Shown here: one piece after another, positions 1-11,500 of the stretch
Layout of the letters: every line of letters begins with the position of its first letter
How positions within the stretch are numbered: the stretch's first letter is position 1
Assembly (NCBI GenBank): GCA_963575745.1
Contig: CAUYUJ010000303.1
Span: 620,001 to 662,458 of the forward strand
DNA from: Prorocentrum cordatum
Taxonomy: Eukaryota
Length of the DNA stretch: 42,458 nucleotides
Reading direction: 5' to 3'
Position numbers and translations under genes: made by a program
Notes under the pieces: model-generated
Database searches by the model: none
What the model saw: only the letters and a program-made list of their open reading frames with translations
What the model was told of the DNA's origin: nothing

Positions 1-295
1 GAACGTGTGAGGGGTGTGCCGAATTGGGTGTGCGGGACGCATGCGGGCGGCAGCACTGGGGCCTTCGGTGGGGCTCCCTATGGGGCCACGAAACGTGTGA
101 GGGGTGTGCCGAATTGAGTGTGCGGGACGCATGCGGGCGGCAGCACTGGGCCCTTCGGGGGGGCTCCCTATGGGGCCACGGAACGTGTGAGTGGTGTGCC
201 GAATTGGGTGTGCGGGACGCATGCGGGCGGCAGCACTGGGGCCTTCGGTGGGGCTCCCTATGGGGCCACGAAACATGTGAGGGGTGTGCCGAAAT
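1..295. repeat. 90-bp tandem repeat (about 3.3 copies, truncated by the window start)
   Basis: The unit gaacgtgtgaggggtgtgccgaattgggtgtgcgggacgcatgcgggcggcagcactggggccttcggtggggctccctatggggccacg recurs at 1, 91, 181 and partly at 271. Confidence 0.95.
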
Positions 296-322
296 GGAGG
301 ATGATGACGATGATGATGGTGG

Positions 323-449
323 GAGGAGGGAGGAGGAGGAGGAGGAGGAGGAGGAGGAGGAGGAGGAGGAGGAGGAGGAGGAGGAGGAGGAGCAATGCGG
401 GGCACCGTCTCTTCAAAACGAGGACCCAACACCACAGGATGGTTGGGAA
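323..449 (+). repeat. (GAG)n microsatellite plus conserved tail of a dispersed repeat
   Basis: (GAG)n spans about 323-392 and is followed by ccgtctcttcaaaacgaggacccaacaccacaggatggttgggaa. A diverged inverted copy of this tail next to a (TCC)-rich tract lies at about 9838-9950. Confidence 0.8.
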
Positions 450-649
450 TAACAGTGATGCACACCAGTGATGCACAATGATGCACAATGATTGTGCATC
501 ATTGGTGGCATTTGCCTGTAGGCTCATGGGCGCTGACGGGGTGCTAGGTGGTGGTAGGGTTCTTCAGCTGTCGCAAGAGTTTCGCGTGGAAGGGCAGCAG
601 TGGCAGGCCAGGTGCAGTGCGACGTTCCACACTCCCACCGTCTTTCCCT

Positions 650-1980
650 CAACGGAAGCGCCTCAACTTGGGGCGAGTTGGAACTCTTCGGGGCCGTTTC
701 GAGCCTTCCTGGCCCCACAGGGAGCCTTCTTGGGCGATCTTGGAGTCACCTTGAGGCGACAGAATACCATGGGAGGCGGCGGAAACGACAATGAAAAGCA
801 CATAGGAAGACGTCCATGTGGTTCAATGATGTCGGATTCTTGGGAACTGTGGGCATCTTGTACCATCTCGGGGCTATGTCGCGGCCTCTTGGCGCTGTCT
901 TGGGAGCATCTTGGGGCTGGTGCGTGCCACCTCTGGGCTATATCGGGGTCTCTTGGGGCTATCTTGAGAGCATCGTTGGGCTATTTCGGGACCAGCCTTG
1001 GGCCTGCCTTTCCTTGATGCCCGCTCTTGGACAACCTGGGACTATCTTGTGGCATCGTTGCTGTACCAGGTACATTTGAGGACCGGCTCGAGGCCATCTT
1101 GACGCTTTCCACTCCTTGATGCTTGCTCATGGGCCGCCCTGGGTCACTCTCGCAGCTGCCGTGGGCCTCTACGCGGGCGCTCGCGGGGATCTTCGGAGAC
1201 ATTCTCAGTTGACACCATACTGTGTGGGTATTGGAGCCAGATTGGGACCTCAGAAACCCGTGGGAAGGGAAAGTGCGGGGACGCCACACTCACTGTACGT
1301 TCAAACTTTGCTTCAGAAGTTAAACCTCTGGCATGTCTCTTCGGAGTTGTGCTTGACCATCTTGGGCTCTCTTGGGGCTGCCTTTGAGGCATATTGGTGC
1401 TGTGTTGGTTTCATGTCGGGGCCTGCCACCCCCTGATGCCCGATCTTGGGCCGCATGGGGTCCCTCTACTGAGGCGCCCGCGGTGACATTCGGATGCCAC
1501 TGGAAGACATGTTCTTAGCATCGCTCGGACGTGTGCATTTTTTATCGGCAAGGGCCATCGAGGAGCATTTTTGTTCACGTTACGGAGAAATGCAAGCACG
1601 AAACCGACAAATGCACAGGGAATAGACGTCCAAGCGATGGCGAGAGTTCATTCTGGGCGCTCTTGGAGCCATCCTGAGGCTTGAGAGTCGCATGGGAAGC
1701 GAAAACAGTGAGAAAGTAAATTTCATTGAACGGGAATGGTTGAACGATGTTGGCCCCTTGGGGCTGTCTTGGACCATCTTGGGCCACTTCAGGGCTATCT
1801 TGGGGCCTCTTTGGGCTGTATTGGAAGCATATTGGGGCTGTTTCCATGCCAGATTGGGGCCTGACACCCCTGAATGCCCAATGTCGTGCAGCCCTGAGGC
1901 CCTCTTGCAGCTCGCTTGAGCCTCTATTGGGGCGCTCGCGGGGATCTTCACAGCCATCAGGGGCGATCCCGGCGTCACTT
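650..1980 (+). repeat. Degenerate low-complexity dispersed repeat rich in TCTTGGG(G)/GGCC motifs
   Basis: Recurrent tcttgggg, ggccatcttg and ctcttgg words. The same vocabulary occurs at 7900-9280 and 24000-24500 (+) and at 16690-17220 (inverted). Confidence 0.55.
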
Positions 1981-2062
1981 TGACGCGTAAGTTTGAGTTT
2001 CAGTTTTGAGCTTGAGCTTCGGAGTGCCGCTGCATCGATGCTAGAGCTTGAGCGTATGATTC

Positions 2063-2175
2063 AGGAAGGGGGAAAAATACAGACACAATTAATCGTCGAT
2101 TCCAGGAAAATATGGGAAAATGTTGGGAATCCTGTCATTTATGTGTATTTATGTGTGCGTCACAGGGCCCCTTCA
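2063..2175 (+). repeat. Dispersed repeat; second copy inside PPR intron 2 (about 14025-14175)
   Basis: ggaaaaatacagacacaattaatcgtcgat...ggaaaatatgggaa...tatttatgtgt...cagggccccttca aligns by eye with ggaaaaacacagacacaagtaatcatcgat...ggaaaatatgggaa...tatttattt...cagagccccttca. Confidence 0.8.
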
Positions 2176-2746
2176 ATGATTATGATTCAGCATGCGAGCC
2201 AAATCTTGTTTGAGGAGGCCCTGGGAGGTACGAAGCGCGCAACGCCAACCAATACGACAGCAAACCACTTGGCGTGTGCATTGCAGTTGATTTGCAGTGC
2301 ACTGTTTTGCAATGACCTGGCATCGCTCGGACGTAATCATTTTTTCTCGGCGAGGACCATCCTGGACCATCGAGCAAAAAAACACGCACGACACCGAAAC
2401 ATGCACGGGAAATGGACGTCCGAGCGACGGCAAGATGATAGGTTGGTATTCTTCGGGGTGCCGCTGTGTCGCTGCTAGGGCTTTAGCTTCTGATCACGGT
2501 TCCACGTTCGATACGAATTTGGTTTGAGGAGGTTCAGGGAGGTGCGAACCGCGCAGCGCCAAGGATTACGTCGAGATCAGAACAACAGTTTGCGCGTTGC
2601 AGAGTTTGTTGCATTGTTACCTAACAGCGAAGACTGATAGGTTTCTAGTGGGCTCAAAAGAAAGCACTCACAGATCACTCCACAGGGGGGTCCGGGCAGG
2701 TGTTGGGAGTTGCCGGGCGGCAGTGTGCCGGGCTCGTTTTTCACCA

Positions 2747-3241
2747 ACAGTCACACACTTCGTGCTCTTCGAGTTCCCAGAACTCCATTCCCAGGCCACA
2801 TTCTGAATACCCGGATGCAACAGTCACACACTTCGTGCTCTTCGAGATCCCAGAACGCCATTCCCGGGCCACATTTGAATAACCGGATGCAACAGTCACA
2901 CACTTCGTGCTCTTCGAGATCCCAGAACGCCATTCCCGGGCCACATTTGAATAACCGGATGCAACAGTCACACACTTCGTGCTCTTCGAGTTCCCAGAAC
3001 TCCATTCCCGGGCCACATTTTGGATGCCCGGAGCCAACTGTAGGCCACTTCGTGCTCTTCGAGTTCCCAGAACTCCATTCCCGGGCCACATTTTGAATGC
3101 CCGGAGCCAACTGTAGGCCACTTCGTGCTCTTCGAGTTCCCAGAACTCCATTCCCGGGCCACATTTTGAATGCCCGTAGCCAACTGTAGGCAACTTCGTG
3201 CTCTTCGACTTCCCAGAACTCCCATTCCTGGGCCACATTTT
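2747..3241. repeat. Minisatellite of about 63-72-bp units (about 7 copies); two more units at about 4111-4254
   Basis: The core cacttcgtgctcttcgagttcccagaactccattcccgggccacattt is repeated in tandem with two alternative spacer types. Confidence 0.93.
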
Positions 3242-3254
3242 CAGCAGGGGCAAG

Positions 3255-3950
3255 AGCACGACGAGGAGGAGGACGAGCAAGACCAGGAGGACGAGGACGA
3301 GCAGGAGCAGGACGAGGAGCAGGAGGAGCAGGAGAAGAAGGACGAGCAGGAGGAGGAGGAGGACGAGCAGGAGGAGGAGGACGACCAGGAGGAGGAGGAC
3401 GGGAGAGGAGGAGGAGGAGGAGGAGGAGGAGGAGGAGGAGGAGGAGGAGGAGGAGGAGGAGGAGGAGGAGGAGGACGAGGACGAGGAGGAGGAGGAGGGG
3501 GGGGGAGAGTACCAGGAGGAGGAGAACGAGGACCACCAGGAGGAGGAGGAGGAGGAGGAGGAGGAGGAGGAGGAGAGACACCAGGAGGAGGAGGACGAGC
3601 AAGACGAGGAGGACGAGAACGAGGACGACCAGGAAGAGGAGGAGGAGGAGGAGGAGGGGAGGGGGAGGACTACCAGGAGGAGGAGGAGGAGGAGGAGGAG
3701 GAGGAGGAGAGAGGAGGAGGAGGACGAGGAGGAGGAGGAGGAGGAGGACGAGGAGGAGGAGGGGGGGGGAGAGCACCAGGAGGAGGAGAACGAGGACCAC
3801 CAGGAGGAGGAGGAGGAGGAGGAGGAGGAGGAGGAGGAGCACCAGGAGGAGGAGGACGAGCAAGACGAGGAGGACGAGAACGAGGACGAGCAGGAGGAAG
3901 AGGAGGAGGAGGAGGAGGAGGGAGAAAGAGGAGGAGGAGGAGGAGGAGGC
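3255..3950. repeat. Compound (GAG/GAC/CAG)n microsatellite with an internal ~260-bp duplication
   Basis: Purine-rich triplet tract. The block gggggggagag(t/c)accaggaggaggagaacgaggaccaccagg occurs at about 3497 and about 3761. Confidence 0.92.
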
Positions 3951-4102
3951 AGGCAGGCTGAGGCTGAGGCTGTGACTGCGACTGCCGTTGCCGCTGCGAC
4001 TGTCATCGCGAATGCGACTACGACTGCGAGAACAGCAGAATTCGACAACTGGATGTTCATCTGAATCTTAAGGGGAATGCTTTCAGATATGCTTCTACAC
4101 AT
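3951..4102 (+). repeat. 152-bp direct repeat, left copy
   Basis: Colinear with 7465-7616; 7 substitutions counted by eye. Confidence 0.92.
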
Positions 4103-4383
4103 TCTGGAGGGCCGGATGCAACAGTCACACACTTCGTGCTCTTCGAGTTCCCAGAACTCCATTCCTGGGCCACATTTTGGATGCCCGGAGCCAACTCTAG
4201 TCCACTTCCTGGTCTTCGAGTTCCCAGAACTCCATTCCCGGGCCACATTTTGAATAGCCAGACGCTTCATAATCCTTCCGCCACAGCCGTGTTTGGTTCA
4301 GGACTTGCTAGTGACACTGCAGTCCACTGCATTCAATCGTGCCACTGCATTCATTCACTGCAGTCCACTGAGTTTCGATTGCA

Positions 4384-6576
4384 ATGGCGTTCCCCTGGCC
4401 GTACCCCCATGTCCAACGTTCATCCGCAGCCTCTGCTCCGCGAGGCTCGTCCGAAGTGTCGCCGCCTCGCGGTGCTTCTCAGCCTGCGCCGCCTCGCGGT
4501 GCTTCTCAGCCTGCGGAGGAAGGTGGACAGACGCCTGGTTCTGGCGCTGTGCAGCCTGCGTCTTTCACGGTCGCCTCGTTCAATTTCGGGTTCGAGCAGG
4601 GCATGATGACTGGTAAGCAGGCGGCCACTCACTGCGCTAACTTCGGAAGGGTGTGCGCCACGATAGTGGAGACCGCTGATGCTGATATGGTCTGTGGCTG
4701 CGAGGTCGGTGCGTTCCGTGAAGGCTTTCGCCGAGCAGGGATCAACGTGACAGAGATCCTCAGTAAGCCTTTCGGTGATGGCATTCGCTTCTCGGAGGTC
4801 GACAACTACTTGACTCTCTGGGGGTTCCGCGGTGCTTCTCAGCCTGCGGAACTGACTCTGTGCGAAGACAGCAAAGTTTACAGGCCTCCTAGCGGCCGAG
4901 AGATTGATGCTGTTATTTCACATTTTGAGGTGAACAAACCAGGCCATGACAAGTTCCACGTGGTGATCGCCAACATGCACATCGTGTGCGGCAAGAAACC
5001 GCCGACCATCCAGACTCGAAAGCGGACAGTTCGCCATCTCCGCTTGCACCTGGACTGCATGGCTCAGATTCTCAATGCTTCGGAGCCGCACGTGCCAGTC
5101 GTTCTGCTTGTAGTCGGCGACGACAACCTGACTTTCCAGGAGGCGCGGGAGGCTTACCAGCGCCAGCAGAACGACGAGAAGCTCTGGGAGGTCCATGCCA
5201 CTCCGGCCGACCTCAAAGGCGACCACGTCGCGGTCTGCGGAGCAGTCGCCCGTTTCTGCTCCATTGCCGTTGGCGCGTCTTTTACGGATCGTGGCATGCG
5301 CAACGACGCACACGATGCGGTGGCGGTTGTGCTCACTCTCCCTGGTGCTATTCAGCCTGGGGAGAGCAAGAGGCGGAAGATTGTCGTCGAAAACGTCTCC
5401 GACGCCGACGTCAGCGTACAGGCGGACGCCGAGTCTTCTGTGCATTGGGATCGGTCGCCGAGTTCTACTCCTCCGCTTTCACCGACTTCACCGGGTGATC
5501 CCGACTACGTCGAGGATGTCGTTCAGAATCGCGCGAACGACTTGCACAGGGAGCTGAGGCAGCTTTGGGACGAAAGGTACGACGAGGAGTACGATCCGAA
5601 AGTCCTCCATCATCTCAGTCTCTTGCTTTTCAAAAAGAGGAAGTCCACGGAGCCAGCGGACACTGATCCAGCTGGCGCTCCTCAGCCTGGCTCGGAATAT
5701 GACACGGCCTTTGCGTCTCAGGAGGAGACTGGCCGAGCCATTCTCTCTGTCCTTAAGCTTCGACATGACTTTCTGCGGAGCAAGAACATCGACGACATGC
5801 GCTACGTTCTCACGGAGCCTGAGCGCCAGGAATTGGTCAGAGTAGCTCGCGACCAGTACGAGCAGTCGCGGCAGCAGCGTGCGCTTCAGGAACGGGATGT
5901 CGAAAAGGGAAAAGCGAGAGGCAAGTCTGCGCCACAAGGGGGCCATGCGGTTCCGCAGGGTCCTAACAAAGGGCCAGGCGGTAAGAAAGGTTCTCACGGT
6001 GCTTCTCAGCCTGCGGGAAAAGGTGGCCAGGCCAAGGGTGCAGGTCTGGGTAGCGTCGCCAAGTTTGTGAAAGACCAGAAGCGTAAGCGGTGGCATCGCC
6101 ATTTGCAACGTGTGGCCGGTACCAAACAGATCTGGGAGGTGCTGGCCTTCTCAGGGCGCTTCGACGTTGATTGGCTAACGCAAGCGTTGCAAGCTGATCA
6201 CAGTGAGGGCCGTGATGCAGCAGTTCCCGAGGAAGCTCTGCGGCAACAGCGGCGCCGGCTGCACCACCAGAAGGCCGAGGCCATCGCGCGCTACAACGAG
6301 GGGGAGCGGCTTTCCCGCCATCTGTCTGCCCAGGCTGGCCAGCCAAAGCCGAACTTCACGCGCAGGCAGCTGGACGTGTTGCAGATGTTTGAGAGCGGAG
6401 AGCTGCTTCAAATCCGCAACCAAGCGATTCTGGCGTTGGGGCACGGCCGTCTGTTCAGGGCCGATGGCGACTACCTGGACATCGGCGGCAGCACGGGCGG
6501 TGGCTCCAGGCGCATCATCGATTCTTGGCAGCCGCCGGACTGGCGTGACTTCCTCCAAGACGATCAGGACATCTGA
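4384..6576 (+). CDS. Intronless 730-aa ORF: EEP (endonuclease/exonuclease/phosphatase, APE-like) domain plus an uncharacterised C-terminal helical region; probably mobile-element encoded
   Basis: EEP motifs occur in the expected order at about 4564-5340: FTVASFN, DADMVCGCEV, VVIANMH, LVVGDDNL, KGDHVAV, NDAHDAVAVVL. It is a long non-repetitive ORF. The true start codon is uncertain. Confidence 0.72.
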   Translation: MAFPWPYPHVQRSSAASAPRGSSEVSPPRGASQPAPPRGASQPAEEGGQTPGSGAVQPASFTVASFNFGFEQGMMTGKQAATHCANFGRVCATIVETADADMVCGCEVGAFREGFRRAGINVTEILSKPFGDGIRFSEVDNYLTLWGFRGASQPAELTLCEDSKVYRPPSGREIDAVISHFEVNKPGHDKFHVVIANMHIVCGKKPPTIQTRKRTVRHLRLHLDCMAQILNASEPHVPVVLLVVGDDNLTFQEAREAYQRQQNDEKLWEVHATPADLKGDHVAVCGAVARFCSIAVGASFTDRGMRNDAHDAVAVVLTLPGAIQPGESKRRKIVVENVSDADVSVQADAESSVHWDRSPSSTPPLSPTSPGDPDYVEDVVQNRANDLHRELRQLWDERYDEEYDPKVLHHLSLLLFKKRKSTEPADTDPAGAPQPGSEYDTAFASQEETGRAILSVLKLRHDFLRSKNIDDMRYVLTEPERQELVRVARDQYEQSRQQRALQERDVEKGKARGKSAPQGGHAVPQGPNKGPGGKKGSHGASQPAGKGGQAKGAGLGSVAKFVKDQKRKRWHRHLQRVAGTKQIWEVLAFSGRFDVDWLTQALQADHSEGRDAAVPEEALRQQRRRLHHQKAEAIARYNEGERLSRHLSAQAGQPKPNFTRRQLDVLQMFESGELLQIRNQAILALGHGRLFRADGDYLDIGGSTGGGSRRIIDSWQPPDWRDFLQDDQDI

Positions 6577-6589
6577 GTTTTGCAAGTCT

Positions 6590-6850
6590 CCCTGCCCGCG
6601 GTGCTTCTCAGCCTGCGGTCTGCCGCTCTCCAGCTGCGGTCTCGAGCAGTAGTGTTCGAAAGCATGCGAGTTCCTGCGGTGCTTCTCAGCCTGCAGGTTT
6701 CGCAGCTTGCGCTCTGCAGTACAAGTGCTTTTCAGCATGCGACATCCTGCGGTGCTTCTCAGCCTGCAGGGTTCGCAGCGTGCGGTTTGCAATGCATTCC
6801 TTTTCAGTATGCGAGTTCCTGCGGTGTTTCTCAGGTTGCAGGGCTCCGAG
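6590..6850 (+). repeat. Degenerate ~72-78-bp tandem repeat built on cctgcggtgcttctcagcctgc
   Basis: Motif copies at about 6600, 6678, 6751 and 6823, mostly preceded by gcatgcgagttcctgc-like sequence. Confidence 0.8.
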
Positions 6851-7166
6851 GCTCTTCGCTTCGATGCCAATGTTTTCAGACACCGTAGCTCCGTTCCGTA
6901 AACATCTTCCAAGAGCCGCTCGCAACCTTTTGCAGCTGGCGGTCTGCAGACGTAGTCTGTCTCAGCATGCGAGCTCCCGCACGCTTCGCCGGCTTTTGCT
7001 GCGCGGACAATTTTCTCACACACGTCAGCGCCGTTTGTAGGCGTCAGAAAAACATGTAGACATTCACGAAGGGCTCAGTCTGTATATCGTCACATCATTA
7101 CATACGCAGTCGTCGAACACATCGGTGTACATTCAGCGCTTTGTCCTTCTAGCTGGGTCGCTTCGT

Positions 7167-7486
7167 GCTGAGGCTGAGGCTGATGCAGGCTGAGGCTGAG
7201 GCAGGCTGAGGCTGAGGCCGAGGCCGACGGCAGACTGAGGCTGAGGCTGAAGCAGGCTGAGGCTGAGGCAGAGGCAGGCTGAGGCTGAGGCTGAGGCAGG
7301 CTGATGCTGAGGCAGGCTGAGGCTGAGGCTGAGGCTGATGCAGGCTGAGGCTGAGGCAGGCTGAGGCTGAGGCCGAGGCCGAAGGCAGACTGAGGCTGAG
7401 GCTGAAGCAGGCTGAGGCTGAGGCTGAGGCAGGCTGAGGCTGAGGCAGGCTGAGGCTGAGGCTGAGGCAGGCTGAGGCTGAGGCTG
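7167..7486. repeat. (GAGGCT)n/(GAGGCAGGCT)n microsatellite
   Basis: Directly visible tandem hexamer/decamer; it runs into the right direct repeat. Confidence 0.95.
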
Positions 7487-7616
7487 TGACTGCGACTGCC
7501 GTTGCCACTGCGACTGTCATCGCGAATGCGACTACGACTGCGAGAACAGCAGAATTCTACAACTGGATTCTCATCCGAATCTTAAGGGGAATGCTTCCAG
7601 ATATGCTCCTACACAT
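7465..7616 (+). repeat. 152-bp direct repeat, right copy
   Basis: Matches 3951-4102. Confidence 0.92.
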
Positions 7617-7899
7617 GGCTGTTAGGTTGCTTTGCCGGGATATTTTTTTCTGTTTATGCCTCGCAGTTTTGGTCTGCTCAAGAGTGCCGCTGATTCGTTG
7701 CTAGAGTTACGATGTTCCAACCTACTTTAGCCTCGATCACCAAAAATAAGTTCGAGCACCAAGAAAGTACCGAAATTTGAGGGTTGTCACGCATCGGGCC
7801 CTGGGAGACACTCGTTCGACACTGTTTCGACACTTTTCCTGGGGGCCCGAACTTATTGAATCGCTTCGCTCATTCCGCCGGCCCGTATTGTGCCATCGC

Positions 7900-9450
7900 G
7901 GGGTCTTGGGGGGTCTTGGGAGCCCTTGGAAGCTTCGTGGGAGCTTCTTGGGAACTTTGGGAGGCCTCGTGGATGGCTCTGGGTGGGCCCTCTTGGTGGT
8001 CTCTTGGGGGGGGTCTGCCTGGCCTCTTGGGGGCCTCCTGGGAGCTTCCTGGGGGTCTCTTGGGGGCCTCTTGGGGCTTTCTTGCGGCCTGTTGGGGGCC
8101 TCTTGGGGCTCTCTTGGGGGCTTCGTGGGGCTACTTGGGGGCTTGTAGGGGCATTTCGGGGGCGTGTTTGGGCGGGAGGCTCAAAATTTCCGTTCAGGTT
8201 GGCCCTGTGGACCTCAATCATGGGGCCGTCTTGGGGCCTCTTGGACCGTCTTGAGGGTTTCTTGGGCCTTCTTGGAGGGCTCTTGGGCCGTCTTTGAGCG
8301 GTCTTCAGGGTCTCTCGGGCCGTCTTGGGGTGATCTTGGGGGGCCTCTTGGACCGCCTTTAAAGGTGTGAAAGACGAAGAGACGGATATGTTAAAAATGC
8401 ACGTGTTTGCCCAAGGGAGACGATTTTTGCTTGTGGGAGTCCTTTTGGGACGCCGCTTAGGGACCTCTTGGGGCGTCTTGAAGGCCTGTTGGGCCGTCTT
8501 GAGGCCATCGTAGGCGCTTGGGGGTGATATTTCGGCGTCTCCCGGCTCTCTTGGACCGTCTGGAGGGCTTCTCGGGCCCCTCTTGGACCGATTTGGAGCC
8601 CTCCTGGGCTCCGAAAAAGAGTTCTTGAGGGTTTCTTGGGCCTTCTTGGAGCGCTCTTGGGCCGTCTTTGAGCGGTTTTGTTTTCCCAAGGGAGACGATT
8701 TTTGCTTGTGGGAGTCCTTTTGGGACGCCGCTTAGGGACCTCTTGGGGCGTCTTGAAGGCCTGTTGGGCCGTCTTGAGGCCATCGTAGGCGCTTGGGGGT
8801 GATATTTCGGCGTCTCCCGGCTCTCTCGGACCGTCTGGAGGGCTTCTCGAGCCCCTCTTGGACCGATTTGGAGCCCTCCTGGGCTCCGAAAAAGAGTTCT
8901 TGAGGGTTTCTTGGGCCTTCTTGGAGCGCTCTTGGGCCGTCTTTCAGCGGTCTAGAGGGTCTCTCGGGCCGTCTTGGGGTGATTTTTGGGGCCTCTTGGA
9001 CCGCCTTGAAAGGTGTGAAAGACGAAGAGGCGGACATGCTAAAAATTCACGTTTTCCTGAGGGAATGGGATGATTTTTGCTTGTGGGAGCCCTCTTGGGA
9101 CGCCGCTTAGGGACCTCTTAGGGACCTCTTGGGGCGTCTTGAAGGCCTGTTGGGCCGTCTTCAGGCCATCGCAGGCGTTTGGGAGTGATATTTCGGCGTC
9201 TCCCGGCTCTCTTGGACCGTCTGGAGGACTTCTCGGGCCCCTCTTGGACCGTTTGGAGCCCTCCTGGGCTCCGAAAAGGGACCTTGCCGGGAGTCTGCCG
9301 GGAGTCTGCCGGGAGTCTGCCGGGACTTTGCCGGGGTATTTTTCGTCCGGGGACCCCCAGGGCCCGCCCCGCGCGCGCGAACTAGAAATATTGTTGAGCA
9401 GTTACCGGAGATCTTAGCACGCCTCTGGCCCGTTGGGCCGGCGAATTTCT
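7900..9450 (+). repeat. Non-coding repeat element with an internal 200-270-bp block in three copies and a terminal hairpin motif
   Basis: The block gatttttgcttgtgggag...ctcctgggctccgaaaa occurs at about 8422, 8697 and 9072. (gccgggagtct)x3-4 lies at about 9287-9330. The element ends with gcacgcctctggcccgttgggccggcgaattt. Confidence 0.75.
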
Positions 9451-10299
9451 GAGATGCGGTCCTGAAGTACGATGGCAGCAACGCAATGCTAGAGGCTAGG
9501 CAGTGTGCTCATTATTCTGCATGGTTCCGCGCGCGAGCCGAATTTGGCTTGCGGAGGTCCAGGGAGGTACGAAGCGTCTTGCGCCAACCACCATGACAGC
9601 ACGCCAGTTGTTGCTGCACTGCCGCTTCTGCTGCAGTGCAATATTTCGCAAGTTGGTAGACCTCCTACCCTGACATGTCGATTAGCGAATTGGCCGTTTT
9701 CGGTTCGCGAGAGGGCGTCGCGGCCGTCATTTGTGCGGGTCCAGGTCCGTCGGTTTCGGTCCTAGGCCGTTTTCACTAAGGGGAGGTTTACTAAAAGGGA
9801 GGCGTGCCCACCGCCGAGTATTTGGTGCGTTGACTTGTTCCCCACTGTCCTGTGGTGGTGGGTCCTCGTGTTGAAGGGACGGTCCCCGCGTTCCTCCTCC
9901 CTCCTCCCCCTCCTCCTTCCTCCCCCTCCTCTCTCCTCCCTCCCTCCTCCGAATGCGGTGCACACAGCGGCGGTGCTCACAGCTGCAGGTGGTCGGGTCC
10001 TTCGCAAGGCTGGTGCTGTTGCAATGCGGTCTGGGTCTGCTTCGGGGTGCGCTGTTCCCCCGCTGGATCTGGAGCTCATGATTCCGCGGGCGAGCCGAAT
10101 GCGGTTCGAGGAGGTCCAGGGAGGTGCGACGCGCGCAGCGCCAACCACGACGATGGCGACCCAGTATGTTTTTGGTCATTTCAGTTTGTTGCGTGTTGCA
10201 TCGAAGTTGCTTTGCAATGCTGGTTTGGTCTGCTTCGGAGTGACGCTCTTTCGCCGCTAGATGTTGGGCTGGCTGGTCCGGTTCGTCTTTATGGTGTTC

Positions 10300-11040
10300 C
10301 TGCTGATGGCGGTCTGGTCTGGTTGGTCTGGTTTGTCTATTTCGCCGGTTTGACTTGCTGATCTTGTTGTCCTGCTTGGTTAAAGCCTTCTCGTTTGTTT
10401 TATTTCGCCTTGCTGATCTTTGCTCGCCTGCTGATACAAGTTGCTAGATCGTTCATCTGGTGGGCCTGGTTGGTCTGGTTGGATTCGTCCGATTGGTCTG
10501 GTCGATCTGGGCGGCATTGTGGGTCTGGTTCGGTTGGCCTGGTTGGTCAATTCGTCTGGCTGGTCGTGGCTGGATGTTCTGGTCTGGTCTGGTCTGGTTG
10601 GTCGAGTAGTTCACCTGGTTGTTCTGGTTAGTCTGGTCTGGTACGTCGACTCGGTTGGTCTGGCTTGGTTTGCTTTGTTGGTCTAGCTCGTCTGGCTGAT
10701 CTGCTCGGCAGGGTTGGTGTGGGCTGGCTGTTCCATATCTGGTGGGTCTGGTTGGTTGGTCTGCTTGGTCCGGCGTGGTTGCTCCATTGGGTCTGGTCGC
10801 GCATAGTTTTCCTCTGGTCTGGCTGGCTCGGTTGGTTTAGTTTGTTCGGTTCGCGTGGCTGGCCATCTGTCTGGTCCGCTCTGGTTGGTCGAGTAGTTTT
10901 TCTGGTTCGCCTGGTCTTGTTTGGTTGGTCTAATCTGGTTGGCTGATTGGTCTTGGCTGGTTGGTCGATCGGTTATTGCATCTGGTCAGCTAGTCTGGCG
11001 ATTTGGCTGGACCAACTAGTTTGGCTGTCTTTGCCTGGTC
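10300..11040. repeat. Degenerate (CTGGT/TTGGT)n low-complexity tract
   Basis: A-poor tract of ctggt/tggtc words. Confidence 0.8.
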
Positions 11041-11209
11041 CGCCTGCTGCGCAGGACTTCCACGAAGACGGGCAGAAGCAGGAGAAGCAGCAACTGCGAA
11101 AGCATGACTGGCATCAACGTCCGGAGGATGGGGGATCCGAGCAGGAGTAGGGGGAGATGGAGGGGAGGACCTGCGTCAGCAGCCGTATCAGATCCTATGC
11201 CTTGGAGTG

Positions 11210-11500
11210 TAGCGCAATCTGTATAGCAATGCAAAGCGATGCGCTGCAATGCAAGGTTATGACAAGCAATGCAAAGCAATACAACGCAACGCAATGCGAT
11301 GCAAAGCGATGTAATGCGATGCCAAGAAATGCAAAACAGTTCATGTGATGCAAACCTATGCTACGCGATGCAATGCAATGCGAGTCAACGCAAAGAAATG
11401 CAACGCAAACGAATGCAAAGCAACACAATTCAATGCGATGTGATGCGATTGTGCTGCAATGGGGTTGCAACGCAATGTGATTGCAACGCAATGCGACTGC
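11210..11500. repeat. Degenerate (GCAAT/GCGAT)n pentamer tract
   Basis: Visible tandem gcaat/gcaac/gcgat units. Confidence 0.8.

Noticed and set aside
24..527. ORFs with poly-E, poly-R or poly-L
   Set aside because: They are translations of the 90-bp tandem repeat and (GAG)n, with no evidence of coding.
2747..3241. Possible CRISPR-like array
   Set aside because: The spacers are themselves repeated, there are no cas genes, and the context is eukaryotic. It is a minisatellite.
2741..4270. Long ORFs on both strands (up to 509 aa)
   Set aside because: They are open only because the minisatellite and triplet repeats lack stop codons.
7777..9481. Multiple G/L/P-rich ORFs
   Set aside because: Low-complexity repeat family; frames are open on both strands with no recognisable domain.
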